Below, in pieces: positions 15,980-25,458 of a stretch of 36,899 nt of DNA (its first letter is position 1; the number at the start of each line of letters is the position of its first letter). The notes beneath the pieces are model-generated. The model searched no databases. It was not told where the DNA came from and saw only the letters and a list, made by a program, of their open reading frames with translations. This DNA is from a virus (Duplodnaviria > Caudoviricetes). The position numbers were made by a program, and so were the translations under genes. The stretch lies in IMG/VR virus record IMGVR_UViG_3300033067_000382, positions 1 through 36,899 of that record; one strand, given 5' to 3'.

Positions 15980-16210
15980 AATTTTAAACTTGGTTTAAAG
16001 TTGTTAAGTATTGTAAACATTGGTTTTTAAACTTTTTAAACTTGGTTTAAAGGTTTAAATAAAAAAAAAAAAAATAAAAATAAAATTTTAAAAAATGAAT
16101 TTTAAACCAAAAATTGGTTTAATTAGTTTAAAAATCAATAAACATAGTGCTTTACAAAGTTTTTTAGTTTAAAATTTGGTTTAAAATGGTTTAAAATGGT
16201 TTAAAATAAA
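15973..16210. repeat. Candidate replication origin with GGTTTAAA iterons and A tracts
   Basis: GGTTTAAA at 15973, 15992, 16044, 16052, 16178, 16188 and 16198, an inverted copy near 16101, and a long A run. Confidence 0.55.
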
Positions 16211-16218
16211 AAAACGAT

Positions 16219-16353
16219 ATGTATATAAATTTATTACAAAAAAAGCACGACTTAATAACTGAAAAGTTTTTAGATGGATTTATTTTATTGGATGACTTTT
16301 TAATGTTAGAAAATATATTTATTCAAAATTCAAAACTATACACAATTTATTAA
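16219..16353 (+). CDS. Small hypothetical protein (44 aa, not in track)
   Basis: MYINLLQKKHDLITEKFLDG.. Confidence 0.35.
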   Translation: MYINLLQKKHDLITEKFLDGFILLDDFLMLENIFIQNSKLYTIY

Positions 16354-16362
16354 AATTAAATT

Positions 16363-17580
16363 ATGAAACAATTAAGAGATTATCAGATAAAAAACGCAAA
16401 TGAATGTACCGAAATTTTAAATAAATACGGAATAGTTTATCTACAACATACTCAAAGAACAGGTAAAACATTAACAGCTTTACAAATAGCAGAAAATATA
16501 AAAGCTACTAAAGTTATTTTTATTACAAAAAAAAAAGCTATTGACTCAATTTTAAGCGATTTTAAGGACTTTAATTTTAATTATGAGTTATTAGTTGTAA
16601 ATTATGAATCGTTGCATAAGGTTAAAGATAAATACGATTTATGTATATTAGATGAAGCACACTCAATAGGTGCTTTTCCAAAACCAAGTAAAAGAACTAA
16701 ACTTTTAAAAGAATTGTTTTTTAATACTAAAATAGTTTATTTGTCAGGAACTCCAGCGAGTGAATCTTATTCACAATGGTATCACCAATTTTGGATTTCT
16801 AAAAATAGTCCGTTTAAAGAATATACAAATTTCTACAAATATGCTAAAGATTATGTAATACCTAAATTAATTTATACGGCATACGGACAAAGCAATGATT
16901 ATTCTTATGCTAAAAATGATTTAATTTCAAAACGTATTGAAAAAGTATTGCATAAATTTACGCAAGAAGAAGCGGGTTTTGAAAATGTTATTGTAAAGAA
17001 AAATATTTTTATAGATATGAAACCGATAACATACAAACTGATTAACCAATTAAAAAAAGACAAAGTTATACAAGGTAAAAATGAAACTATTTTAGCTGAT
17101 AGCGGTGTAAAGTTAATGAGCAAACAGCACCAGTTAGGAAGTGGTACAATTATTTTTGATAGTGGTAATACTGGAATAATTGACAACTCAAAAGCTATTT
17201 ACATAAAAGAAAATTTTAATGGTAAATTAGCTATATTTTATTATTTTAAACAGGAGCTTGAAATGTTATTAGATATTTTTAAAGACAAAGCAACGACCGA
17301 TTTAAACGAATTTAACACAAGTGATAAACATTTTATAGGACAACAATATAGTTCAGCAATGGGAGTTAATTTAAGTAAAGCCGATAAACTTATTTATCTT
17401 AACTTTGGTTTTAGTGGTACAAATTTTGTGCAGTCTTTAGATAGGCTAACAATAAAAGAAAGAAAAGAAACAGAAGTATATTTTATACTTGCTAAAAATA
17501 CTTTAGATTATAATATTTTAAAAGTAGTTGAACAAAAAAAGAATTTTACAATTAAGTCGTATGAGCGTATTTCAAACTAA
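16363..17580 (+). CDS. Superfamily 2 helicase
   Basis: LRDYQ, RTGKT, DEAH, LSGTP and GVNL motifs. Confidence 0.85.
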   Translation: MKQLRDYQIKNANECTEILNKYGIVYLQHTQRTGKTLTALQIAENIKATKVIFITKKKAIDSILSDFKDFNFNYELLVVNYESLHKVKDKYDLCILDEAHSIGAFPKPSKRTKLLKELFFNTKIVYLSGTPASESYSQWYHQFWISKNSPFKEYTNFYKYAKDYVIPKLIYTAYGQSNDYSYAKNDLISKRIEKVLHKFTQEEAGFENVIVKKNIFIDMKPITYKLINQLKKDKVIQGKNETILADSGVKLMSKQHQLGSGTIIFDSGNTGIIDNSKAIYIKENFNGKLAIFYYFKQELEMLLDIFKDKATTDLNEFNTSDKHFIGQQYSSAMGVNLSKADKLIYLNFGFSGTNFVQSLDRLTIKERKETEVYFILAKNTLDYNILKVVEQKKNFTIKSYERISN

Positions 17581-17830
17581 AGTAAAAAAAGAATATCAAA
17601 AAAAAGGCTATACAGTTGTAAAAGTTGTTAAATTTGTAGATAGTGGCTACCCAGATTTATTAGCCATGAAAGACGGCAAATGTATTTGGATTGAGTGCAA
17701 AGAGAAAAACGATACATTAAAACCTTTACAAAAATTTGTAATTGATAGTTTAATTAAAAATGGTTTTGATGCTTTTTGCCTTCAAGACACTAAAGGGAAA
17801 ATTTACCCAAATGAAACAACCAAAACCTAA
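17561..17830 (+). CDS. VRR-NUC / PD-(D/E)xK nuclease
   Basis: GYPDLL ... WIECK ... LKPLQ. Start refined to ATG 17561. Confidence 0.8.
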   Translation: MSVFQTKVKKEYQKKGYTVVKVVKFVDSGYPDLLAMKDGKCIWIECKEKNDTLKPLQKFVIDSLIKNGFDAFCLQDTKGKIYPNETTKT

Positions 17831-17951
17831 ACAACAATCCTTTCAAGAATTGGAAATCGAGAAAAATAAACTTTACGTATCAAAAGAAAATCCAACACGA
17901 TTAAAAGAAATTATAAAAAAATTGAATTATTTTTATTACGGTATTGAATAA
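17811..17951 (+). CDS. Small hypothetical protein
   Basis: ATG at 17811 gives MKQPKPKQQSF.. Confidence 0.4.
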   Translation: MKQPKPKQQSFQELEIEKNKLYVSKENPTRLKEIIKKLNYFYYGIE

Positions 17952-18007
17952 ATAATTACTTTTACACAAACTTTCACGTTCTTACAAACTTTTTTAAAGT
18001 TATACAC

Positions 18008-18043
18008 AACCGCTTTTTTGTTAGTTTTAAGCGGTTAATTTTG
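18008..18043 (+). promoter_or_regulatory. Inverted repeat abutting a TAnnTTTG element before terS
   Basis: AACCGCTT..AAGCGGTT, then TAATTTTG at 18036-18043. Confidence 0.4.
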
Positions 18044-18051
18044 AAATGATT

Positions 18052-18465
18052 ATGGCAAAGAAAAAATATATAGAAACTCCTGAAAAAATGTGGGAATTGT
18101 TTTTAGCTTACAAAAATGAAGTTAAAAGCAATCCTATAAAAGTTCAGGACTACGTCGGTAAAGATGCCGAAATGGTGTATCGTGAAAAAGAAAGACCGTT
18201 AACTATTGAAGGTTTTGAATGTTGGTGCTACGATAACGAAATTATAAGCGATTTAAGCCAATATTTTGCAAATACTGAACAAAGATATACAGAATATCAA
18301 ACTATCTGTTTACGCATACGTAAAGCAGTTAGAACAGACCAAATTGAAGGAGGTATGGCAAGTATTTATAATTCAAGCATAACGCAACGTTTAAACGGAC
18401 TTGTTGATAAAACAGAAACAAGCGTAAAAGTAGAACAACCATTATTCCCCGATACAGATGTTTAA
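18052..18465 (+). CDS. terS: Terminase small subunit (DNA-packaging gp3-like)
   Basis: ETPEKMWELF..Y, RPLTIEGF and YNSSITQRLNGL, immediately upstream of the large terminase. Confidence 0.75.
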   Translation: MAKKKYIETPEKMWELFLAYKNEVKSNPIKVQDYVGKDAEMVYREKERPLTIEGFECWCYDNEIISDLSQYFANTEQRYTEYQTICLRIRKAVRTDQIEGGMASIYNSSITQRLNGLVDKTETSVKVEQPLFPDTDV

Positions 18466-19660
18466 AAGAACAACTGCAATAAATAAAATGCTGAAGATGA
18501 CCGCTCGAAAAAAAGTAATTCAGGGCGGAACTTCAGCAGGTTTTTAACCCCCTTTGTTAATTCAGAGGGGGTGACTTGGAAAAACATACGGTATTATTCC
18601 GATACTAATCGATAAATCTACTAAAACAAATCGATTAAAAATAACAGTAGTTGCTGAAACTTTGCCAGCTGTAAAAGAGGGAGCGTTAGACATTTTTAAA
18701 AATGTAATGTTTGATACAGGTCGTTGGATTGAAAGCAATTGGAATGCGTCAAGTTTAACCTATACATTTTCAAACGGGACCAGAATACAATTTAAAAGTT
18801 TTGATTCAGTAGGTAAGGCAAAAGCAAGTGGGAAACGTGATATTCTTTTTTTGAATGAAGCTAACCATATACCTTTTGAAATTGCCGATGCTTTAATGAT
18901 CCGTTCAAAAGAAACGTGGATTGATTTCAACCCCGATAATGAATTTTGGGTACACAAAGAAACATTAAAAGAACCAAATAGCGAATTTCTTTTACTTACA
19001 TACCACGATAACGAGGGTTGTCCGATCGAAACTATCGAAGATTTATATATTAAACAACAAAAGGCAAAGACTTCGACATATTGGGAGAATTGGTGTCGTG
19101 TTTATATCGATGGAGAAATAGGTAGTTTAGAAGGCGTTATCTTTAATAATTGGAATATTATCGATACAATACCAAACGATGCCAGACTTTTAGGTTACGG
19201 TGTCGATTTTGGATACACAAACGACCCTACAGCAATAGTTGAGGTTTACAAATGGAATGACAAACGTATTCTAAACGAAATATGTTACCAAAAAGAATTA
19301 TCAAATAGTCAAATAGCTAAATTAATACCTACAAAAGATAATGCGTATTGTGATAGTGCAGAACCTAAATCAATTTCAGAATTAAAAGCGTTGGGAGTTC
19401 GGGCATACCCAGTTACAAAAGGTAGTGATAGTATCAATTACGGTATTCAAATAATGCAAGACCAAAGCTATTTGGTTACTTCAAACTCTATTAATCTAAT
19501 TTCAGAGCTACGCAAATATGCATGGGACAAAGATAAGCTTACAGGGGAGAAATTAAACAAACCTATTGATAATTTCAATCACGGAATTGATGCCGTACGT
19601 TACCACGAAATGGAGAATTTAGGACTAAAGAAATCCAAAGCCTTAAACATTAAACTATGA
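18458..19660 (+). CDS. terL: Terminase large subunit (PBSX-like), interrupted by a 39-nt insertion in Walker A
   Basis: MFKRTTA..VIQGGTSAG [insert] KTYG.., LFLNEAN (Walker B), DFNP, GVDFG and NHGIDAVRY. Both parts are in the same frame. Confidence 0.85.
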
Positions 19661-20193
19661 AACAAGTATCAGTAGCACAATTTTTAAGATTACCAATATC
19701 AAAACAAATCGAATACACAACGATTTTACAGCACGTTAAGGGAAAACCTATTCACAGCGTAAAGATTGTGGAATTAAGCTATAATGAGGTAAAAATAGTA
19801 TTTAAGGAACTAACAAAAGAGAACCCGAATATAGAATCAATCTTTACAACTACTTTAAAAATAAGCAAAGAGGAATTTTTAAATCTTTCTATACAAAATT
19901 ATTTTCAAATTAAAAAATATATAGAAACTTTTTTTGTATCTTTGAAGCAAAATGAAATAACATTATTGCAGTCGGTCAATGCTGACGGTGCTATGTGGGA
20001 AATGGCAGGAGGGAATGAGTTAAACGAGTTTGCCGATGTACTACCACTTTCACAATTAGCGAAGATTTACGGTGGCTACCCGTTTGAGTACGGTAATAAG
20101 AATTACATTGAAATTATATATTTGCTCCGAATGAATAACAAACAAGGGCAAGTCGAACAAGAGTATCAAAAATTAATGAGTAAAAAGAAATGA
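19657..20193 (+). CDS. Hypothetical morphogenesis protein (possible tail assembly chaperone)
   Basis: Position in the late operon only. Confidence 0.4.
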   Translation: MKQVSVAQFLRLPISKQIEYTTILQHVKGKPIHSVKIVELSYNEVKIVFKELTKENPNIESIFTTTLKISKEEFLNLSIQNYFQIKKYIETFFVSLKQNEITLLQSVNADGAMWEMAGGNELNEFADVLPLSQLAKIYGGYPFEYGNKNYIEIIYLLRMNNKQGQVEQEYQKLMSKKK

Positions 20194-20363
20194 TAAGTAA
20201 ATTAAAATTAGATACGTTTATAAAAAATATAGACAGAGAGGAACTTGCAAAGCAAGGTAAAACGTTAGAAGATACAACGCTATACGTTAACGAAAAAATT
20301 TACAACGATATGAAACACTTACTAATTGATGGTAAGTACAAAGGATTTAAACTGATTTACTAA
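20190..20363 (+). CDS. Small hypothetical protein (57 aa, not in track)
   Basis: ATGA and TAATG couplings at its two ends. Confidence 0.5.
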   Translation: MISKLKLDTFIKNIDREELAKQGKTLEDTTLYVNEKIYNDMKHLLIDGKYKGFKLIY

Positions 20364-20767
20364 TGGTTAGACTTTTAGAAAATATTTGTACTGATTTAGG
20401 CTACAAATTTGAGTATGGTAACAAATCGCATTTGAATTTAATTGACCAGAATGGCTACACGTTACCGAATAAAATTCATTTGTTATTATTCCCTGTTACA
20501 AATAGCGGTACCGATTTTAATACGAGTTCGCAAGTTCATAACGGGAATTTCTTTTTTGTGGTTCCTGATGAATTTGCCAACGCTTATTGGACAAAGTACA
20601 CAACTAAAATTGAACCTTTAGAAATTGAATTAAAGAATTTAGAAAAACGTTTAAGTTATTGCGATAATGTAGATATATTACAATTTAGTTACGTTGATGC
20701 TATTGATGTTTTAGATGCTAATCTGACTGGGTTCTGGGTAACGTATCAATTCAGGTTGTATGAATGA
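20363..20767 (+). CDS. Putative tail terminator/neck protein
   Basis: Size, beta-rich C-terminus and position. Confidence 0.4.
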   Translation: MVRLLENICTDLGYKFEYGNKSHLNLIDQNGYTLPNKIHLLLFPVTNSGTDFNTSSQVHNGNFFFVVPDEFANAYWTKYTTKIEPLEIELKNLEKRLSYCDNVDILQFSYVDAIDVLDANLTGFWVTYQFRLYE

Positions 20768-21215
20768 AACGCTGATAAAAGAGTTTGAAAGTATCAAAGC
20801 TGATTTGATTTCAGCGTACGACCGCAAAGGAATGCGAGCGAGTGGTAAATTTGCAGACTCTTTAGAAGTAAAACAAACTATTCGAGGCGTGCAGTTGTGG
20901 GGGTTAAGTTATGCACAGCAATTAGAAACGGGTAGACAACCTGGCAAATTCCCACCGATTAACGCTATTAAGCAATGGATTGAAGATAAGAATATAGCAA
21001 GCCGATTGAATGGAGAAATTACTAAAAATCAATTAGCTTTTTTAATAGCTCGTAAAATAGCGAGAGAAGGATGGAAGCGTGAAGGGTTCGGAGGTGTTGA
21101 ATTAATAAGCGAGGTTATAACGGAACAAAGAATACAAAGTATAATTGATAAGGTAGGGGAAGAAGTACTACTAAAATATACAAGTGATATTATTAAAATG
21201 ATAAAAGCAATATAA
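20760..21215 (+). CDS. Putative tail completion protein (HK97 gp10-like)
   Basis: ASGKFADSL..YAQQLETGRQPGKFPP..AFLIARKIAREG. Confidence 0.6.
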   Translation: MNETLIKEFESIKADLISAYDRKGMRASGKFADSLEVKQTIRGVQLWGLSYAQQLETGRQPGKFPPINAIKQWIEDKNIASRLNGEITKNQLAFLIARKIAREGWKREGFGGVELISEVITEQRIQSIIDKVGEEVLLKYTSDIIKMIKAI

Positions 21216-22357
21216 TGGCAATAGTATTTTTAAAAGAATTAGACGACACAAAGATAAATTTAGCCTATAATAACAATGTGGTTAAATTTTATACAGATAG
21301 TGCAGAGGCACCAATAAACGCAACTATATCAATTGGTTTTAATAGTGTTACTTTGTACCCTGATCCAAACGGAAATTTTAATTATAACTTTAAGGATTTA
21401 ATTAGTACGCTTTTAAACGTAGATAACTTTGCCGATGATTTAGAAGTTGATTTGGATACTTCATTTGTTTATGATTGGACTGATAAAATAAGTTTAGATG
21501 AGGACGTTATTACTACTATTAATTTAGCAGATGAAACAAGCGAAACCGATACAAGAAAAGTAACGTGGTTAAGTGCTTTTGTTCAGTTAAGGGATTGGAA
21601 AACTACCTATTTTCCGAGTGATATTTTAACGGGTGAATCAGTTTTATTACAAAAGAAAAATACTAATAGTGGTTTTACTTATCGTTTAAACTATTGGCAA
21701 GGCTACCCCTTTGATTTAACTTTGTGGAACTCGACTAATACAAGTATTGATATTGATAACCAAACTAATGGCAATTCAATTACAATAGGCACAACAGATA
21801 AAATTGATAGGGTTGTTTTTTCAGACGGCAGATTAACTCCGAATATTGAATCTGAATTGATTTTAAATGAAGGCGTTAATAATTTGCTATTTTACTACGG
21901 AGAAAGCAATTTCAATTTAGCCTTAAACAAAATTACCAACTATTGCGAAAACGGAATTTACATAAAATGGATTAACTCGTTTGGAGGTTGGAACTATTGG
22001 TTATTTTCAAAAGGTCAGGAGCAACTAAAAACAAAAGAACTTGGAGTATTAAACAACGATTTTAATAATTTAGAAGATACACTTTCGCCTTTAGTTTCTT
22101 TAGGTAAAACTTCTGAAAGTTTAATAAAAGTAAGAGAGCAAAGAATTAAAGAGTACGACAAAATTATATTATCGGATTTGTTAGATAGTGCAAAAGTGTA
22201 TTTATTTACGGGTACGCCTTATGCGAGAAATTACGATAACGATTGGATGGAAGTAAATTTAGCGAGTGGTTCATTTGTTTTAGAAAATCCACGTTCAGAC
22301 CTTTACACTTTGAATTTAACAATTGAATTACCTACTAATATAACGCGAACTTTATGA
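21215..22357 (+). CDS. Tail structural protein (distal-tail-like)
   Basis: YIKWINSFGGWNYWLF motif, as I recall from Bacteroidota siphovirus tail proteins. Confidence 0.55.
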   Translation: MAIVFLKELDDTKINLAYNNNVVKFYTDSAEAPINATISIGFNSVTLYPDPNGNFNYNFKDLISTLLNVDNFADDLEVDLDTSFVYDWTDKISLDEDVITTINLADETSETDTRKVTWLSAFVQLRDWKTTYFPSDILTGESVLLQKKNTNSGFTYRLNYWQGYPFDLTLWNSTNTSIDIDNQTNGNSITIGTTDKIDRVVFSDGRLTPNIESELILNEGVNNLLFYYGESNFNLALNKITNYCENGIYIKWINSFGGWNYWLFSKGQEQLKTKELGVLNNDFNNLEDTLSPLVSLGKTSESLIKVREQRIKEYDKIILSDLLDSAKVYLFTGTPYARNYDNDWMEVNLASGSFVLENPRSDLYTLNLTIELPTNITRTL

Positions 22358-24561
22358 GTAGATTAATCATAAACGGATTTGAAATTGAATTGCAACCGAG
22401 CAAACCAATTACACGAACTTTGCAGGTTAATGATATTGCTACTTTAAACAATAGACAAGCTAATTTCACACCTACAATTTCAATACCACGAACTGCAAAG
22501 AATGTCAGAAACTTTGCAATGTTGGGTATTATTGGCACAAATTCAAATATACCATACCAAAAAAACGAATGTTATTACTATGCCGAAAGTGGAGAGTGTT
22601 TAATTTATAAAGGTTGGGCAGTTATTACAGCGACCGCAAATGATTTTAAGGCTAATTTATACGATGGTAATATTGATTTGTACAAAGCAATTGAAAACGA
22701 AACTTTAAATGCTTTGCCATTAGATGAAATTAACCACTTTAAAACGTTGGATAATGTTATAGATAGTTTCAACGGAATAACTACATATAAATACATTTTA
22801 GCCGACTACAACGGAAAAGCCTTGTACGACACTAATAAAATTAATATTGATTACCTGGTACCGAGTGTTCCCGTTTCTTATTTGTGGAATAAGATTTTTG
22901 AATACTACGGATTTACTTATAGCGGTTCGGTATTTGATACGTTTGCCTTTCAGAATTTATACATGACTTTTCCAAAGGGAGTGCTTTCGACTATTCCTGA
23001 TGTTGAAGTATATGAAAGTAATGATTTACAATTTGTAACTAATTCAACTTATGACGCCTTATTTGGTAAAAGAAGTACCTATTTAAAACAAATTACAAAC
23101 ACAACAAACGATTTACAACAGATAACAGCTAATATACATTTCGAGCCGTTAACGGAAGGATTGTACAGAATTGAAATAGGTGGGGAAATTAGAGCTAATA
23201 GACTTATTGATTTTAGACCTATTGGTGGAGGTATTTCTACGGTTCCCGTTCGATGTGAAATATGGTTAGCGAAAAATGCAGAAGGCATAACAAATTCAGA
23301 CGATGTAACTCTTTTGCAATTGTTACAAACGAATGTCGGTTTTGATAATTCTACTACTCCAACGGTTTTAAATATCAACAGCGTAATTTCATTAGAGAAT
23401 AACGAAAGTATTTGTATTGTAATTAGAACAAAAAATAATACCTACAATTTAAAAGATGTTATCGAGGTGCAGCCTATCACAATGTCAATTTCAAAAGTAG
23501 AAAGTCAAACGATAGATTTTAGCGGTGCATTTTTAGACTTCAAAACAAAAGACTTTTTAAATGAAGTATTGACACGTTTTAGCTTAACGCCTTACAAAGA
23601 TAAGTACAGCAATAACTGTAAATTCCTAACTTTAAACGAACTTTTACAGACTACGAATGTAATTGATTGGAGTGATAAATTCCACGAAATTACAAACGAA
23701 AGATACACATACGGAAGTTATGCACAAAAGAACGATTTAACGTATAAATATAACGACGCAGAAGGCGACTATTATAACGGTTCGATTCTAATTAGTGATG
23801 TGAATTTGCCAGATAGTAAAACGGTTGTTAATTCACGAATTTACGCACCTGAAAAAGCAAAGTCAAACGTATTGCCAAAAGATACAAACGTTTATAAATT
23901 GTGGGATAAGGAAGTCAAAGATGATGGAACAGTAACTTATAAAAGTTTAGATAAGCGTTTTTACTTTTTAAGAGCTGATAATTACATTTTCGATAGTTCG
24001 GTAACTATTGGGAGTGAAACATTATCGAGCGAAACAACAATAGGACAAGCACCTTTTGAAAGTTTTTACAAATTACCGTTTAACGATATAGTACAAGATT
24101 TCTATTTGCCAATTTACAAAGTTTTAAACAAAGCTAAAATGGTTGATTTGTCTATGTTCTTAAATGATACCGATATTGTAAATATTGATTTTTCTAAACT
24201 ATATTGGATTGAACAATTGAACAGCTATTTTATTTTAAATAAAGTTAACAATTACCAAGGCAAAGGAATTACAAAGTGTGAAATGATAAAAGCGGATTAC
24301 TTTGATACGGAAGTTGAAGTAATACCCGATACTTTTACAATTAGTTGGGAAGATGGTTTTTTATATTTTACTGGATATTACGGAACTTTTCCTATTATAG
24401 TTCAAACCTCAACCGATGGCGGTTTAACTTTTGACAACGCTACAACTCCGATAACATCGAGTGATCCGTTAGAGTTCCCTGTTATAATTCCTGAAATTTT
24501 TATAAGATGTACTGATTTAAATGGTAATGTAATAAGCAATACAATAAGAGTAAGAATATGA
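22354..24561 (+). CDS. Tail tip/baseplate hub protein
   Basis: 735 aa, beta-rich, following the distal-tail-like gene. Confidence 0.55.
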   Translation: MSRLIINGFEIELQPSKPITRTLQVNDIATLNNRQANFTPTISIPRTAKNVRNFAMLGIIGTNSNIPYQKNECYYYAESGECLIYKGWAVITATANDFKANLYDGNIDLYKAIENETLNALPLDEINHFKTLDNVIDSFNGITTYKYILADYNGKALYDTNKINIDYLVPSVPVSYLWNKIFEYYGFTYSGSVFDTFAFQNLYMTFPKGVLSTIPDVEVYESNDLQFVTNSTYDALFGKRSTYLKQITNTTNDLQQITANIHFEPLTEGLYRIEIGGEIRANRLIDFRPIGGGISTVPVRCEIWLAKNAEGITNSDDVTLLQLLQTNVGFDNSTTPTVLNINSVISLENNESICIVIRTKNNTYNLKDVIEVQPITMSISKVESQTIDFSGAFLDFKTKDFLNEVLTRFSLTPYKDKYSNNCKFLTLNELLQTTNVIDWSDKFHEITNERYTYGSYAQKNDLTYKYNDAEGDYYNGSILISDVNLPDSKTVVNSRIYAPEKAKSNVLPKDTNVYKLWDKEVKDDGTVTYKSLDKRFYFLRADNYIFDSSVTIGSETLSSETTIGQAPFESFYKLPFNDIVQDFYLPIYKVLNKAKMVDLSMFLNDTDIVNIDFSKLYWIEQLNSYFILNKVNNYQGKGITKCEMIKADYFDTEVEVIPDTFTISWEDGFLYFTGYYGTFPIIVQTSTDGGLTFDNATTPITSSDPLEFPVIIPEIFIRCTDLNGNVISNTIRVRI

Positions 24562-24911
24562 TAAAAGAAATTAGAGACAAAGAGCCGTTTATACACTTCG
24601 GATTTAATAGGCAAACTATTATAGCGAGGGTTGGTATTCCTATAATTTTATGGCAAGATGCTATATTAAAGTCGGACGAATATACAGACCCTTTTATATT
24701 GGCTCCGAGTGCCTATATTACAAAAGTAAGCGTAAATAAATACGAATTGAACTTTACAACTTTAGGCGATAAAACATGTAAATTTTCAACTACAGGAACA
24801 GACGCAAAATTTTTAGAATCAAACGAAATAGTTGCGAGTGTTCAGGCTATAACGTGGGGTGCAAAAGATATATTTTTAAACAATGAAACAATAACATTTA
24901 GTGCAATATGA
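24558..24911 (+). CDS. Hypothetical structural protein
   Basis: Coupled ORF in the tail region. Confidence 0.5.
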   Translation: MIKEIRDKEPFIHFGFNRQTIIARVGIPIILWQDAILKSDEYTDPFILAPSAYITKVSVNKYELNFTTLGDKTCKFSTTGTDAKFLESNEIVASVQAITWGAKDIFLNNETITFSAI

Positions 24912-25456
24912 TACAAGAAATTTTAATAAGTGATAATCTAAACGCTGGACGTGAAAAGATTAACGACAACTTTACAGAAGTTGAAAATTATACAGGGTGG
25001 CAACAAGTAACCGATACAACCTATACAAGCGGTTCGCCTTTAGCAATTGCAAGCGGTGTGACTGGCAAAATATTAACGGGAACAGTTACCGAAATTACAA
25101 CGCAATTACCAACAGGAGTAACAACGTTTTGGAATAATACAACCGATAAGTTAGTAGCTGTAAATAATGGCGATGCGTTTACATTATCGTTAAGATTCAA
25201 AGCTAAAATGAATGTTTCAACTGGATTGGTGGACGTTGGTATTAATATCGGTGGAGCGTTAAACGTTATTAGCGAAGAAACATTACTATTTTCAAAAGGT
25301 AGTGGAGTGGAGCAAAGATTTGATATTGATTTAAGCTATTTTACGGGTACTACTTTCATTGCAAATGGTGGAACAATAGAAGTAACTCCATTAAATGGTA
25401 ATATTGAAATTTACGATATTGTTTTAGTAATCATTAGAACTCACAAAGGTAGATAA
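24908..25456 (+). CDS. Putative tail fibre/receptor-binding protein
   Basis: N-terminal DNLNAGREKINDNFTE attachment-like motif and a Thr/Gly-rich beta domain. Confidence 0.5.
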   Translation: MIQEILISDNLNAGREKINDNFTEVENYTGWQQVTDTTYTSGSPLAIASGVTGKILTGTVTEITTQLPTGVTTFWNNTTDKLVAVNNGDAFTLSLRFKAKMNVSTGLVDVGINIGGALNVISEETLLFSKGSGVEQRFDIDLSYFTGTTFIANGGTIEVTPLNGNIEIYDIVLVIIRTHKGR

Positions 25457-25458
25457 TT

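Noticed and set aside
18539-18580. Intein or canonical group I/II intron in terL
   Set aside because: The insert is only 39 nt, contains stop codons and has no catalytic core. No in-frame excision gives both a U-ending 5' exon and a G-ending intron.
18662-19660. TTG at 18662 as the true terL start
   Set aside because: It would omit the Walker A motif. The upstream in-frame segment from ATG 18458 encodes the conserved N-terminus.
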